This document shows positions 18,743 through 28,405 of a stretch of 64,000 nucleotides of DNA, piece by piece; within the stretch, counting starts at the first letter, position 1, and every line of letters begins with the position of its first letter. The DNA comes from an uncultured candidate division Zixibacteria bacterium (GTDB taxonomy: Bacteria > Zixibacteria > MSB-5A5 > GN15 > FEB-12). Location of the stretch: contig OY760907.1 in NCBI GenBank assembly GCA_963664195.1, forward strand, positions 2,112,001-2,176,000, given 5' to 3'. Made by a program: the position numbers and the translations under genes. The notes below the pieces were generated by a model that saw nothing but the letters and a program-made list of their open reading frames with translations, had not been told where the DNA came from and did no database searches.

Positions 18743-19609
18743 ATGAATAGTCTGAAAGTCTTTATGTTAATGCTGGTCCTCATGGCTGTGTTCGTGGGGG
18801 TAGGCTATCTTGCCGGTGGCCAGGGCGGAATGGTGATAGCGTTCGTGCTCGCGACTGCCATGAATTTCTTTTCCTACTGGTACTCAGACAAACTCGTTTT
18901 GAAAATGTACAAGGCACGTGAAGTGTCCGAGAGCGATCATCCTCGTCTGTACGGAGTCGTCAGGCGCATAACAACAGCGGCCATGATGCCGATGCCGAAA
19001 GTATATGTGGTACCGTCGCGGGCACCTAATGCATTTGCCACGGGTCGTGATGCCGACCATGCGGCGGTTGCTGCTACCGAAGGATTGCTGGAGATTCTCA
19101 CCGAGGACGAACTTGAAGGTGTCATGGGACACGAGATCGCCCATGTCCAGAATAAGGATATGCTGATTGGAACCATCGCGGCAACTTTTGCCGGCGCCAT
19201 TGGTATTTTGTCTATGGTGGCCCGCTGGGGTGCTATCTTCGGCGGCTATGGACGGAGCAATGACCGTGGCGGGGGAATCGGATTGCTGGTTGCCGCTCTT
19301 GTGGCGCCTCTGGTTGCGCTGCTCATACAGACGGCGATTTCCAGACAGCGCGAATACAAAGCCGATGCCCGCGGCGGTGAATTGACCGGCAAACACGAGT
19401 CGCTGGCCACGGCGCTTGAAAAGCTGCACCGTTCACCCGTGCAGCTTCGGCTGGACGAAAGACCGGGAACCGCGAATCTGATGATCATAAATCCGCTTTC
19501 CGGCAAGGGGCTTTCCTCAATGTTTTCGACTCATCCTCCGGTCGCGGAACGAGTCGAACGCCTCCGAAAACTTGCAAAGGATACTCGCTATTCAGGTCAT
19601 GTCAGATAA
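18743..19609 (+). CDS. htpX: Zinc metalloprotease HtpX
   Basis: PNAFATG, HEIAH, SRQREYKAD, FSTHPP. Confidence 0.93.
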   Translation: MNSLKVFMLMLVLMAVFVGVGYLAGGQGGMVIAFVLATAMNFFSYWYSDKLVLKMYKAREVSESDHPRLYGVVRRITTAAMMPMPKVYVVPSRAPNAFATGRDADHAAVAATEGLLEILTEDELEGVMGHEIAHVQNKDMLIGTIAATFAGAIGILSMVARWGAIFGGYGRSNDRGGGIGLLVAALVAPLVALLIQTAISRQREYKADARGGELTGKHESLATALEKLHRSPVQLRLDERPGTANLMIINPLSGKGLSSMFSTHPPVAERVERLRKLAKDTRYSGHVR

Positions 19610-19665
19610 AGAACCCGAAGGCAGTAGTCATCAACGCGTCGCCCTCCAGATTGCGGCAGGTCTGA

Positions 19666-20985
19666 ATGGATAGTCACCTGATAGTGGAATTGGTGGCCAT
19701 ATTCCTGCTGGTGCTTGCCAACAGCTTCTTCGCTCTGGCCGAATTCTCTATTATTGCGAGCCGTTCCAGCCGATTGAAGCAGCGACGGGTCGCGGGGAAA
19801 ATGGGTGCGGCCGCGGCAGAGAAACTCAGCCGTAATCCTGAGAGGTTTTTGGCGTCGATTCAGGTCGGCATTACGCTCGTTGCGGCCATGCTGGGTGTTT
19901 TTTCCGGTGCCACGATGGTGGAAGAGCTTGGTGCTTTTTTCAGCCAAGCGCAAATACCGTTTATTGTCGAGTCGGCCAAGTCGATTTCGGTTGTTGTTGT
20001 CGTGCTGGCTATTACCGTGTTGTCTGTGGTGCTCGGTGAATTGGTGCCGAAATACATGGCCCTTGCCGCACCAGAACGGTTTGCTCGATACATCGCCGGT
20101 CCTATCAGCATCTTTGTCGCTCTGTCCAGTCCGTTCTCTCGAGGGTTGAGTGCCATTGCCGGTCTCATAGTGCGGATGTTCGGGCTGGGGCGCGACACGA
20201 ACCGCGAGGCGGTTACAGAAGACGAGATCAATCAGATGATTGTCGAAGGGCGCAAGACCGGCGTTTTTGAGCTGGCCGAGCAGCACTTCATTCGATCTGT
20301 GTTTGAGTTCACCGACTCGCCGTGCAGTCGGGCCATGACACCAAGGCCCGACGTTGTCGGGATCGAGCGTTCTGCCCGCACCGAGGAGATTATCCGCGCC
20401 ATTATCGATGACGGGTACAGTCGATATCCGATTTATGAGGCGACTATCGACCATGTTGTGGGGATCATTTATACCAAGGATCTCATAGCCAGGAAACTTG
20501 ATTTCGACAAGATTGATCTCGACTCGATCGTTCGAGAGCCTGTTTTTGTCCCTGATTCCATGCCGCTTCCGAAATTGCTGCGCGACTTCCAGAGAGGCAA
20601 GAATCACATGGCCATCGTGCTTGACGAGTTCGGCGGCACTGCCGGAGTGATTACGCTTGAGGATGTGCTCGAGGAACTCGTTGGTGAGATACAGGATGAA
20701 TATGATGCCGAGGCGGCGCCAATAATCAAGCATTCCGACTCTGTCGTATTCGCCAACGGCGAGGTCTGGCCCGGGGAAATAAACGAAGTGCTTGATTCGC
20801 ATCTTCCCGAAGATGATGTCGATACGCTGGCCGGTCTGTATATGGATACCACCGGAACCCTTCCTGACAAGTATGATTCGACCCGGATTGCCGATGTGCG
20901 TTTGACGATTCTGGCCAAGAGCGAAAACCGGATACTCCGCCTGAAACTGGAAAAACTGCCCTCTGTAGATGCCCGCCGGAGATAA
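19666..20985 (+). CDS. Hemolysin/CNNM family transporter-associated protein (DUF21-CBS pair-CorC)
   Basis: FFALAEFSI, GELVPK, YSRYPIY, LDEFGGTAGVITLEDVLEELVGEIQDE. Confidence 0.92.
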   Translation: MDSHLIVELVAIFLLVLANSFFALAEFSIIASRSSRLKQRRVAGKMGAAAAEKLSRNPERFLASIQVGITLVAAMLGVFSGATMVEELGAFFSQAQIPFIVESAKSISVVVVVLAITVLSVVLGELVPKYMALAAPERFARYIAGPISIFVALSSPFSRGLSAIAGLIVRMFGLGRDTNREAVTEDEINQMIVEGRKTGVFELAEQHFIRSVFEFTDSPCSRAMTPRPDVVGIERSARTEEIIRAIIDDGYSRYPIYEATIDHVVGIIYTKDLIARKLDFDKIDLDSIVREPVFVPDSMPLPKLLRDFQRGKNHMAIVLDEFGGTAGVITLEDVLEELVGEIQDEYDAEAAPIIKHSDSVVFANGEVWPGEINEVLDSHLPEDDVDTLAGLYMDTTGTLPDKYDSTRIADVRLTILAKSENRILRLKLEKLPSVDARRR

Positions 20986-20986
20986 G

Positions 20987-21676
20987 ATGAGCCGAAATGA
21001 ATCCGCTGCCATGTCCCTGCTGACTGCTCCCCTGAGATGGACCAGACGCCTCTACGATTGGATGCTGAGCTGGGGAAACTCGAAACATGGTCTGCGAGCG
21101 CTGTTTCTCCTCTCTCTGGCTGAGGCTTCTTTTTTCCCGGTTCCGCCCGACGCGCTGCTAATCGCGCTGTGCATGGGGGCGCATAAGAAGTGGAAGCGGT
21201 TTGCCCTGATATGCTCTATAGGATCGGTGATTGGCGGTGCTGTTGGTTATGCTATCGGGTATGGAGCCTTCGATCTCATCGGCAGCAAAATACTTGAATG
21301 GATTGCGGCTATCTCCGGAACGGAATCCGGACAGATGCTTGACACGGCCCGGTACTGGTTCAACGAGAAAGAGGTTTACGGCATGAGAGTCGGGGCATGG
21401 GCGGTCGGGATCGCCGGATTTACGCCGATTCCTTACAAGGTTTTTACTATTGCCGCCGGTTTTTTCAAGATGTCGTTTCCGGTGTTCATGCTCGCCTCGG
21501 CGATTTCGCGTTCATTGCGCTTTTTTGCCGTGGCCGGGTGCATAGGGCTGCTGTTTGAGAAGTACGGACCAAGGATCGAGAAGGCAATCGACAAGTATTT
21601 TAACCTCCTGGCGGTCGGGTTTGTGGTTCTGCTGGTGTTGGGTTTTGCCTCTCTGAAACTGCTCGGAGGCGACTAG
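20987..21676 (+). CDS. DedA/YqaA family (VTT domain) membrane protein
   Basis: AEASFFPVPPD, GFTPIPYKVFTIAAG, SRSLRF. Confidence 0.88.
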   Translation: MSRNESAAMSLLTAPLRWTRRLYDWMLSWGNSKHGLRALFLLSLAEASFFPVPPDALLIALCMGAHKKWKRFALICSIGSVIGGAVGYAIGYGAFDLIGSKILEWIAAISGTESGQMLDTARYWFNEKEVYGMRVGAWAVGIAGFTPIPYKVFTIAAGFFKMSFPVFMLASAISRSLRFFAVAGCIGLLFEKYGPRIEKAIDKYFNLLAVGFVVLLVLGFASLKLLGGD

Positions 21677-21815
21677 CGGACCTCCTCAAGTTGTGGTAGG
21701 CATTCTGCTGGTTTCTTACTACCTTCCTTCCCATAGATATGGACCACATAAAGACACTTGGAGAGAGAGTGCTGTGCCGGGGAAACCTATTGCAGCCTCA
21801 CCACTGGAACTAACC

Positions 21816-23168
21816 TTGAGTAATAAAATAGTAGAACTGGAAATCGAAGATCTGGCGTTTGACGGCAAGTCGGTCGCACATCTGGACGGTAAAGTAGTTT
21901 TCCTCAACGGCGGACTGCCGGGGGAAATGGTAGTGGCGGAAATCACTCGCTCCAAACCGCGATATAACCAGGCAATCGTTAGAGAGATCACCAGAAAGTG
22001 TGATGCCCGCATACCGGCAATCTGTTCGCATGACGATCACTGCGGCGGGTGCACCTGGCAGGACTTGAACTACGAAGACCAACTTGCTTTCAAGAAGAAG
22101 CAGGTAGTGGAATCAATATCCCGTATCGGCGGGTTGGAAGATGTGACGGTCACCGACGTCATCCCTTCGAAGGAAGTCTTTCGCTATCGTAACAAGATGG
22201 AATTCTCGTTTCATACGACCCCGGACGGCGCGTTCACGCTCGGTTTGCACCGTCGCGGTTGTTTCGACGATATTTTTGATTTGCAGGCCTGTTTTCTCCA
22301 GTCGGAGACGGCCAACCAGATCGTCCACCGGGTGCGGAATTTTGTTACGGAAGAAGAGATTCCTGTCTACGACGTGTTCAAGCATACCGGTTATATGCGC
22401 TTTCTGGTGATTCGAGAGGCCAAACAGACGGGCCAGTTGATGGTGAATGTGGTTACCAATTTTGGCGAGATGCCGGCGGTTGAGAAGCTGGTTGCCGGGT
22501 TGACGGCTGAATTCCCGTCGCTTACCACGATCGTGCATTGCGAAAACGGCAAGAAATCCAACATAGCGGTGGCAGAAAAAGAGGAGGTTCTGTACGGCCC
22601 GGGGTATATCGAGGAGAAGCTGTTTGACCGGGTGTTCCGGATCAGTGCCAATTCGTTTTTCCAGACCAACTCGCTTCAAACCGAAGTTCTGTACCAGACC
22701 GGATTCGATCTGCTCAGACCTGAAGGCACAGAGCGGCTTCTAGATTTGTACTGTGGGACCGGATCAATCGGTTTGTTGTTGGCGTCACGGGTGCGTGAGG
22801 TGATCGGTGTGGAGTTGGTTGGCGACGCTATTCTTCGGGCACGTGAGAACGCGGAGATAAACGACATTCAAAACGCAGAATTCTTTGAGGCCAACACGAA
22901 GGATTTCCTCAAGGCACTTGACCCGGATGAACGGGATTTCGATATCGTAGTTATTGATCCGCCGCGTGCCGGGCTGCATCCGAAAGCGCTGAAGCGCACG
23001 ATAGGGCTTGCACCCCGGAAACTGCTGTACATTTCGTGCAACCCGGCCACATTTGCGCGTGATGCCGGCGATTTGTGTGCGGCGGGATACCGCATATCGG
23101 AGGTGAAACCTGTGGACATGTTTCCGCATACAAAGCACATAGAAGTAGTTGCGCTTTTTAGTCGATAG
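21816..23168 (+). CDS. rlmD: 23S rRNA (uracil-1939-C5)-methyltransferase
   Basis: TRAM domain, CSHDDHCGGC, SFFQTN, LDLYCGTG, DPPRAG, YISCNP, DMFPHT. TTG start inferred. Confidence 0.92.
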   Translation: MSNKIVELEIEDLAFDGKSVAHLDGKVVFLNGGLPGEMVVAEITRSKPRYNQAIVREITRKCDARIPAICSHDDHCGGCTWQDLNYEDQLAFKKKQVVESISRIGGLEDVTVTDVIPSKEVFRYRNKMEFSFHTTPDGAFTLGLHRRGCFDDIFDLQACFLQSETANQIVHRVRNFVTEEEIPVYDVFKHTGYMRFLVIREAKQTGQLMVNVVTNFGEMPAVEKLVAGLTAEFPSLTTIVHCENGKKSNIAVAEKEEVLYGPGYIEEKLFDRVFRISANSFFQTNSLQTEVLYQTGFDLLRPEGTERLLDLYCGTGSIGLLLASRVREVIGVELVGDAILRARENAEINDIQNAEFFEANTKDFLKALDPDERDFDIVVIDPPRAGLHPKALKRTIGLAPRKLLYISCNPATFARDAGDLCAAGYRISEVKPVDMFPHTKHIEVVALFSR

Positions 23169-23230
23169 CGGGGACTTGCGCCGGTGATTGTTTTGACATT
23201 ACTTGCCGATTCTACTTTCAAGGAGGACAG

Positions 23231-24949
23231 ATGAGTCGCAGGACAGTATTCGCGCTGATGGTTTGGTCGCTGGCCCTTCTGCTTGCTGGCAGTGCCAATG
23301 CGGGCAGCAAGAAGCAAAATCTCGACGAGCTTTCAGCGGAGATTCTTGAGTCGCTTCAATCCTTTTATCCGGTGAATGCTACCGGTATGGGGATTCACGC
23401 CTACGATCACCGTCTGGCCGATTTTTCTTCCAAGTCCGTCAATAATATGCGCAAGAAGCTTGATGATTACTCTCGCAAGCTCTACAAATATCGTAATACG
23501 ACGCTCTCGACCGAGGATCGGATCAATTACCAGTTGATCAATTCCAACGTCAATATCGCTCTGCTCGATCTCAAGCAGATCAAATGGCATACGAAATCGC
23601 CGCAGTTGTATATCGACGAAGCCGTCAATGGGATATACTTCCTGATGCTCTCGAAACACGCGCCGATGTCCGAGAAACTCTACTCGATATTAGCTCGCAT
23701 GAAAGCGGTTCCGGCACTAGTCGCCACCGCCCGGAAAAACATCCAGAAGCCGCCGGAAGTGTATCTTGATCTGGCCGGAGAATCACTGGAATCAGCTATC
23801 CGGTTCTACCATGAAGTGGCCGGTGAGTTGATGAATCAATTCCCGGACCGAGCCGATGAAATCCTTCGCGTGTCAACCGCCGCCCGCGAGGCGATGAGTG
23901 ATTTTGCGATTTATCTGTCGAGTATCGAACCAGGCGACCCAACCTCGTTTGCAATCGGCAAGAAGAACTATGATTATATGCTGGAACAGCAGTTTTTCCT
24001 CGATATAGACTCCGATTCGCTGCTCAAGATAGGTGAGAGCCTTCTGGCCGCCGCGGACGAAGAGTACAGGCAATATGAGGAGTATGTTGAGGAGAATTAC
24101 CAGAACGGCAAGGATTCGGTCTTCGTGCCGGCCAGTTTCTGTCGCCAGGACATTCTGGACTACTACCAGTGGGAAACCGATCAGGTACGAGTGTTTATAG
24201 AAGAGAACGATCTGATAACGATTCCGGAAGATATCGCTCCCGTGACGGTAGTAGAGACGCCTGCGTTCCTTCGCTCAATGATTGGCGGCATTGCCTACCA
24301 GCCGGCCGGACCGTTCGATGAAAACCAGAACGGCTATTTCTATATCCGTCCAGTGCCAGAGGATCTCGATGCCAGCCAGTTGGCCGCCAGATATCGTTAC
24401 GTGCACCGTCGCGGCTTCAAAGGCTCTGTGGTCCACGAAGCATATCCGGGGCACCACCTGCAGATGCAGTTGGCCGGACGGCACGAACACCCTGTGCGCA
24501 GATGGCAAATGAACAATATGTTCTGCGAAGGCTGGGCACTCTATTGCGAAGAGATGATGTACGCCGCCGGACTATACGGAGACGAAGATCCCTCGCAGTG
24601 GCTGGCGATCCTGGGCGGAATTCGATTCCGCGCCGCGCGTATAGTGGCTGATGTCAAACTGCACACAGGTCAGTTTACGTTTGAAGAATGCGTGGACTGG
24701 ATGATCGACGTGCTTGATGCTGACACTGAATCAGCGAAAGAGTATCACCGGACAATGGTGCGCAAGTACACTCTCACCCCGACAGTCTGGATGTCTTACC
24801 TGATGGGCAAGCAGGAGATCGAACGGCTGCACGATGCCGCAATGGCTCGTCCGGATATGTACGGCTCAGAGCGGGAATTCCACGACGCTTTGTTGTCTGA
24901 GGGCACAATTCCGCCGGCGCTTCTCTGGGATGCGCTCGGGCTGAAGTAG
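23231..24949 (+). CDS. DUF885 family secreted protein (putative metallopeptidase)
   Basis: Signal peptide; VVHEAYPGHHLQ, EGWALYCE, RIVADVKLH, SYLMGK. Confidence 0.88.
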   Translation: MSRRTVFALMVWSLALLLAGSANAGSKKQNLDELSAEILESLQSFYPVNATGMGIHAYDHRLADFSSKSVNNMRKKLDDYSRKLYKYRNTTLSTEDRINYQLINSNVNIALLDLKQIKWHTKSPQLYIDEAVNGIYFLMLSKHAPMSEKLYSILARMKAVPALVATARKNIQKPPEVYLDLAGESLESAIRFYHEVAGELMNQFPDRADEILRVSTAAREAMSDFAIYLSSIEPGDPTSFAIGKKNYDYMLEQQFFLDIDSDSLLKIGESLLAAADEEYRQYEEYVEENYQNGKDSVFVPASFCRQDILDYYQWETDQVRVFIEENDLITIPEDIAPVTVVETPAFLRSMIGGIAYQPAGPFDENQNGYFYIRPVPEDLDASQLAARYRYVHRRGFKGSVVHEAYPGHHLQMQLAGRHEHPVRRWQMNNMFCEGWALYCEEMMYAAGLYGDEDPSQWLAILGGIRFRAARIVADVKLHTGQFTFEECVDWMIDVLDADTESAKEYHRTMVRKYTLTPTVWMSYLMGKQEIERLHDAAMARPDMYGSEREFHDALLSEGTIPPALLWDALGLK

Positions 24950-24972
24950 ACCGATTCGGCAAAACGACTATC

Positions 24973-25003
24973 AAAGGGCACCTCGGGTGCCCTTTCTTGT
25001 TTT
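24973..25003 (+). terminator. Intrinsic terminator
   Basis: AAAGGGCACC-TCG-GGTGCCCTTT followed by CTTGTTTT. Confidence 0.8.
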
Positions 25004-25174
25004 CTCTAATTCGTTGTCCCGTAATATCATTGCCCGTTGCGTGGAAAAGTACGGCTGGAGCGGCTTTACGGCCTCTCGCGGCTGTTTTTCAACTCTCTCT
25101 CCGGCAACCGGATAGGAGTGCAGTCTACGATTTTTCCTTTTTCTCGACCGGAAGTTGTTGTATATTATTGACCT

Positions 25175-25663
25175 ATGGCTGATAAACTCATGTGGGCGCC
25201 TTGGCGGTCTGCCTTCATCCTGGGCAAAAAAGAAAAAGGATGCATCTTCTGCAACCGGATCAAGATGACAGATTCTGTGAAGAATCTCATCGTGTATCGG
25301 GGCGAAAAAGCATTTGTCATTCTCAACAAGTTCCCGTACAACACCGGTCATGCGATGATTGTGCCGTACCGTCATATCGGTGCGCTCGAGAAGCTGACTC
25401 CGGCCGAAGCGCAGGAGATCATGGCGTTGACACAAAAGACGGTCGTGGCGATCAAACGGACCATGAAACCGCAGTCTCTGAATGTGGGTATGAATCTGGG
25501 TCGACAGGCTGGAGCCGGAGTGCCGGGGCATCTTCATCAACATGTAGTCCCGCGCTGGAACGGCGACACGAATTTCATGCCAGTGCTCGGCAAAACGCAC
25601 GTCGTATCGATTCCGCTCGAACCGATTTATGATCTGCTCCGGAAAGAGCTGAACAAGGGATGA
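25175..25663 (+). CDS. HIT family hydrolase (Ap4A phosphorylase/FHIT-like)
   Basis: LMWAPWR, CIFC, LNKFPYNTGH, HLHQHVVPRW. ATGA overlap with the next gene. Confidence 0.92.
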   Translation: MADKLMWAPWRSAFILGKKEKGCIFCNRIKMTDSVKNLIVYRGEKAFVILNKFPYNTGHAMIVPYRHIGALEKLTPAEAQEIMALTQKTVVAIKRTMKPQSLNVGMNLGRQAGAGVPGHLHQHVVPRWNGDTNFMPVLGKTHVVSIPLEPIYDLLRKELNKG

Positions 25664-27315
25664 AGAAGCGCCAGAAAATCCCGACCAAGACCGAATTGCT
25701 GCAGCTTCAGAAACTGTACAAGACCGATGAGCGTATCGGTGAGCGGCTTGGCGGAGTTCCCGCGTACCTCGTGGCGTATTGGCGTCGCAAGAAAAACATC
25801 CCGAAATACTCGCTGCCCAAGTTCTCCGAGAAAGAAGTTCGTGACTTGTGGGAACGGTACGGCGACGACGAAAAGAGTGGACTCGAACTTGGCATCAGCA
25901 AAGCGGCCTTTTATAACTGGCGTCGGCGCTACGGCATCAAAGAGAAGCCGGCGTTTCTGAAGCTTGAACAACTCGAGCTGAATTTCCCCGGCAGCAAGCT
26001 TCCGGTGCAGGCCAGTTCTCTGTACGGTCAGCGCTGCATGGTGCAGAAGATTCTCGCTCGGGTGGCCGATGTCGAAAAGGTTGAGATAGGCGAGGAAATC
26101 GAGTTCGAGCCAGATCTGGTCACCTGTTCCGGTGAGTCTGCCAGAGTCATTGATCTCTTCAAAGAGCGCGGCACGGAATACGTCTGGAATCCCAACAAAA
26201 TAGTCTTGACGCTCAATAATGGTTGCGTCCACGACGGTCACTCCGGTGCCGCCGGCAATCGCGTTGTGCGGGAGTTTGCACGCCGTCAGGGAATAAAGAT
26301 GTTCTACGACGTGGGAGAGGGGTTCTGCCACCAGCTCATAGTGGAAAAGGGGCATGTTCGTCCCGGTCAGTTTGCACTCGGCACGTCAGAGCAGATGTCT
26401 TCATTTGGCTGTGTGTCCGCGATGGCCGCACCGATTGATGACACCGTTATGGCGGGGCTGTGGGCGACCGGAAAACACGCCATAACAGTACCGGAGACGA
26501 TTCGTATAACGGTGAGCGGACGGCGATATCGCGGGGCCTATGCTACCGACATTGCGCTTTCGATTATACAGCAGTTGGGAGAAGATGCGGCGACCGGGAA
26601 GGTCATAGAATACGCGGGATCGACGATTTCGCAGATGAGTATCGGTGAGCGTCTGGCACTCAGCAGTCTTTCTTGTGCTACCGGTGCTCTTGCCGCGATC
26701 TGCACCTACGATGCCACTACGAGGCGGTTCCTGACCGGGCGCACAATAACCCGTTACCAGCCGATTCTCCCGGACAAAGATGCCGAATACAAAGATCTTT
26801 ACCAGACGAACATCGAGCAGTTGGTGCCACAGATTGCCAGTTGGGGCAACGGGCGGAAAATTCGACCGGTGGCGGAACTCGAAGAAACCGCGGTGCAGCA
26901 GGTCATTCTTGGTTCGGCGACCGCCGGACGGTTTGAGGACCTTCGGGTGGCCGCGGAGATCCTCAAATCCAAACAGGTGCACGAGGACTGTCGTCTGATC
27001 ATCCTGCCCGGTTCGCGTCGCGTTTATCTTGAAGCGCTCAAGAAGGGGCTGATTCGAGTATTCCTCGAAGCCGGGGCTATTGTCATGCACCCGGGCGCCT
27101 GTTTGCAGCAACTGGCCGGGGACAGATTCGTGGCCAAGGATGAACGCTGCCTGACAACCGTTGGACTCCCCGCTCCGACCAGTGCGACCGGTACGACCGG
27201 TGCGACCGGTGCGAATCAAGCGGACGGTCCCGAAATCTTCACGGTGTCGCCGGCAACCGCGGCCGCCTCGGCACTCAACGGTGTTATTACCGATCCTACT
27301 CGTTTCGTGCGCTAA
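25660..27315 (+). CDS. Tandem-HTH protein fused to a degenerate LeuC/homoaconitase large-subunit fold (probable pseudoenzyme)
   Basis: aa ~125-551 follow the LeuC/HacA scaffold (VWNPNKIV, GFCHQ, VPETI, GRFEDLR, SPATAAASA) but the catalytic and cluster motifs are replaced. aa 9-93 are two HTH-like repeats. Confidence 0.85.
   Translation: MKKRQKIPTKTELLQLQKLYKTDERIGERLGGVPAYLVAYWRRKKNIPKYSLPKFSEKEVRDLWERYGDDEKSGLELGISKAAFYNWRRRYGIKEKPAFLKLEQLELNFPGSKLPVQASSLYGQRCMVQKILARVADVEKVEIGEEIEFEPDLVTCSGESARVIDLFKERGTEYVWNPNKIVLTLNNGCVHDGHSGAAGNRVVREFARRQGIKMFYDVGEGFCHQLIVEKGHVRPGQFALGTSEQMSSFGCVSAMAAPIDDTVMAGLWATGKHAITVPETIRITVSGRRYRGAYATDIALSIIQQLGEDAATGKVIEYAGSTISQMSIGERLALSSLSCATGALAAICTYDATTRRFLTGRTITRYQPILPDKDAEYKDLYQTNIEQLVPQIASWGNGRKIRPVAELEETAVQQVILGSATAGRFEDLRVAAEILKSKQVHEDCRLIILPGSRRVYLEALKKGLIRVFLEAGAIVMHPGACLQQLAGDRFVAKDERCLTTVGLPAPTSATGTTGATGANQADGPEIFTVSPATAAASALNGVITDPTRFVR
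27176..27211 (+). repeat. 9-bp tandem repeat x4 (CGACCRGTR)
   Basis: cgaccagtg cgaccggta cgaccggtg cgaccggtg, in frame, encoding TSA-TGT-TGA-TGA (amino acids). Confidence 0.8.
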
Positions 27316-27411
27316 AACAGTTGGCCGTCTTTCTTCGCCCGAGCCATTCCCCGACTTCTGTATTCCGTTTTTTTTGTTGAGCCTTCGCCCCTGTCTTCTT
27401 AGCCTGAAAAC

Positions 27412-28377
27412 ATGTCTGAGTCTCCGTCACAACGTCTTGATCTCAGCGACGAAGCCTTTCGTGGCCTACTCCTGCCGTATTGCCGTCTGCAGTCGGGCGA
27501 GGTCTGGTATGATCCGATCTCGGGTCATGTTGTCGCCTGCGGTGACTGCGCGGACACCGTGTTGATCGACTCCCTGGGGCTTCAGGACAAAGGCTCACTT
27601 GCGATCCAGGATCCGCCCTATAATCTGGTGGCATTCGAGGAACGGTCGGTCGAGGAATACATCGAATTCAGCAGACAGTGGATAGCCAACACGCGTCGTG
27701 TGTTGGCTGACGAAAGTGCGCTGTATGTTTGGTTAGGGGCCGACCAGAAGAAACACTTCCAGCCGTTGCCGCAGTTCATGAATATGATGGCTGAAACAGA
27801 TTTCGAATCGCGGTCGTTTATCACCATGCGCAACCAGCGCGGCTATGGTACTCGCAGGAACTGGATGGCCGTCCGTCAGGAGTTGCTGTACTACACTCTG
27901 GGGCAGCCCGAGTTTGATGTCCAGGTGACGGATATCCCGAAAATCCTTCGCGGTTACTATAAGGAAGTTGGGGGAGAGGTGGTCGAGAATCAGGCTCGAT
28001 CACACTCGGAGTGCATTCGTGCGAGTAACGTTTGGGTGGATGTTCAGCAGGTGTTTTATCGATTGGAAGAGAACGTCAACGGCTGCTACGCACAGAAACC
28101 TCTCAAGGCCATCGAGCGTATCGTGCGTGCCTCGTCCAAACCCGGAGACACGGTGCTTGATTTCTTCGCTCATGCAGGTACTACTCTGCTCGCCTGCGAA
28201 GGGCTGGGTCGGAAGTGTGCCACGCTTGATATTGATCCGTTGTTTGCGGAGATAACGATTCGTCGTCTGGAGCGTTTTCGCGAGACCGGCAAGACAGGCT
28301 GGCAGTTCGGTCATCCGTTTGAGCGGGAGTTGGGGGGACATCTCGATCTTGTGCCGCGAGTGTCTTCGCAGGTCTGA
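27412..28377 (+). CDS. Site-specific DNA methyltransferase (N6A/N4C, beta-class motif order), orphan
   Basis: Motif IV QDPPYN near the N-terminus, then QKPL and motif I variant LDFFAHAGTT near the C-terminus. No adjacent endonuclease. Confidence 0.85.
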   Translation: MSESPSQRLDLSDEAFRGLLLPYCRLQSGEVWYDPISGHVVACGDCADTVLIDSLGLQDKGSLAIQDPPYNLVAFEERSVEEYIEFSRQWIANTRRVLADESALYVWLGADQKKHFQPLPQFMNMMAETDFESRSFITMRNQRGYGTRRNWMAVRQELLYYTLGQPEFDVQVTDIPKILRGYYKEVGGEVVENQARSHSECIRASNVWVDVQQVFYRLEENVNGCYAQKPLKAIERIVRASSKPGDTVLDFFAHAGTTLLACEGLGRKCATLDIDPLFAEITIRRLERFRETGKTGWQFGHPFERELGGHLDLVPRVSSQV

Positions 28378-28405
28378 AGACAGACCTGCGCTGCGGGAGC
28401 CTGAA

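Noticed and set aside
19597..21012. 471-aa - strand ORF
   Set aside because: Antisense to a clear CNNM/CBS gene; no family features.
25660..27315. Annotation as a functional leuC
   Set aside because: Fe-S ligands and catalytic motifs are missing, and there is no leuD or leucine operon context.
27412..28377. Restriction-modification or defence island
   Set aside because: No nuclease or other defence gene adjacent; the flanks are housekeeping genes.
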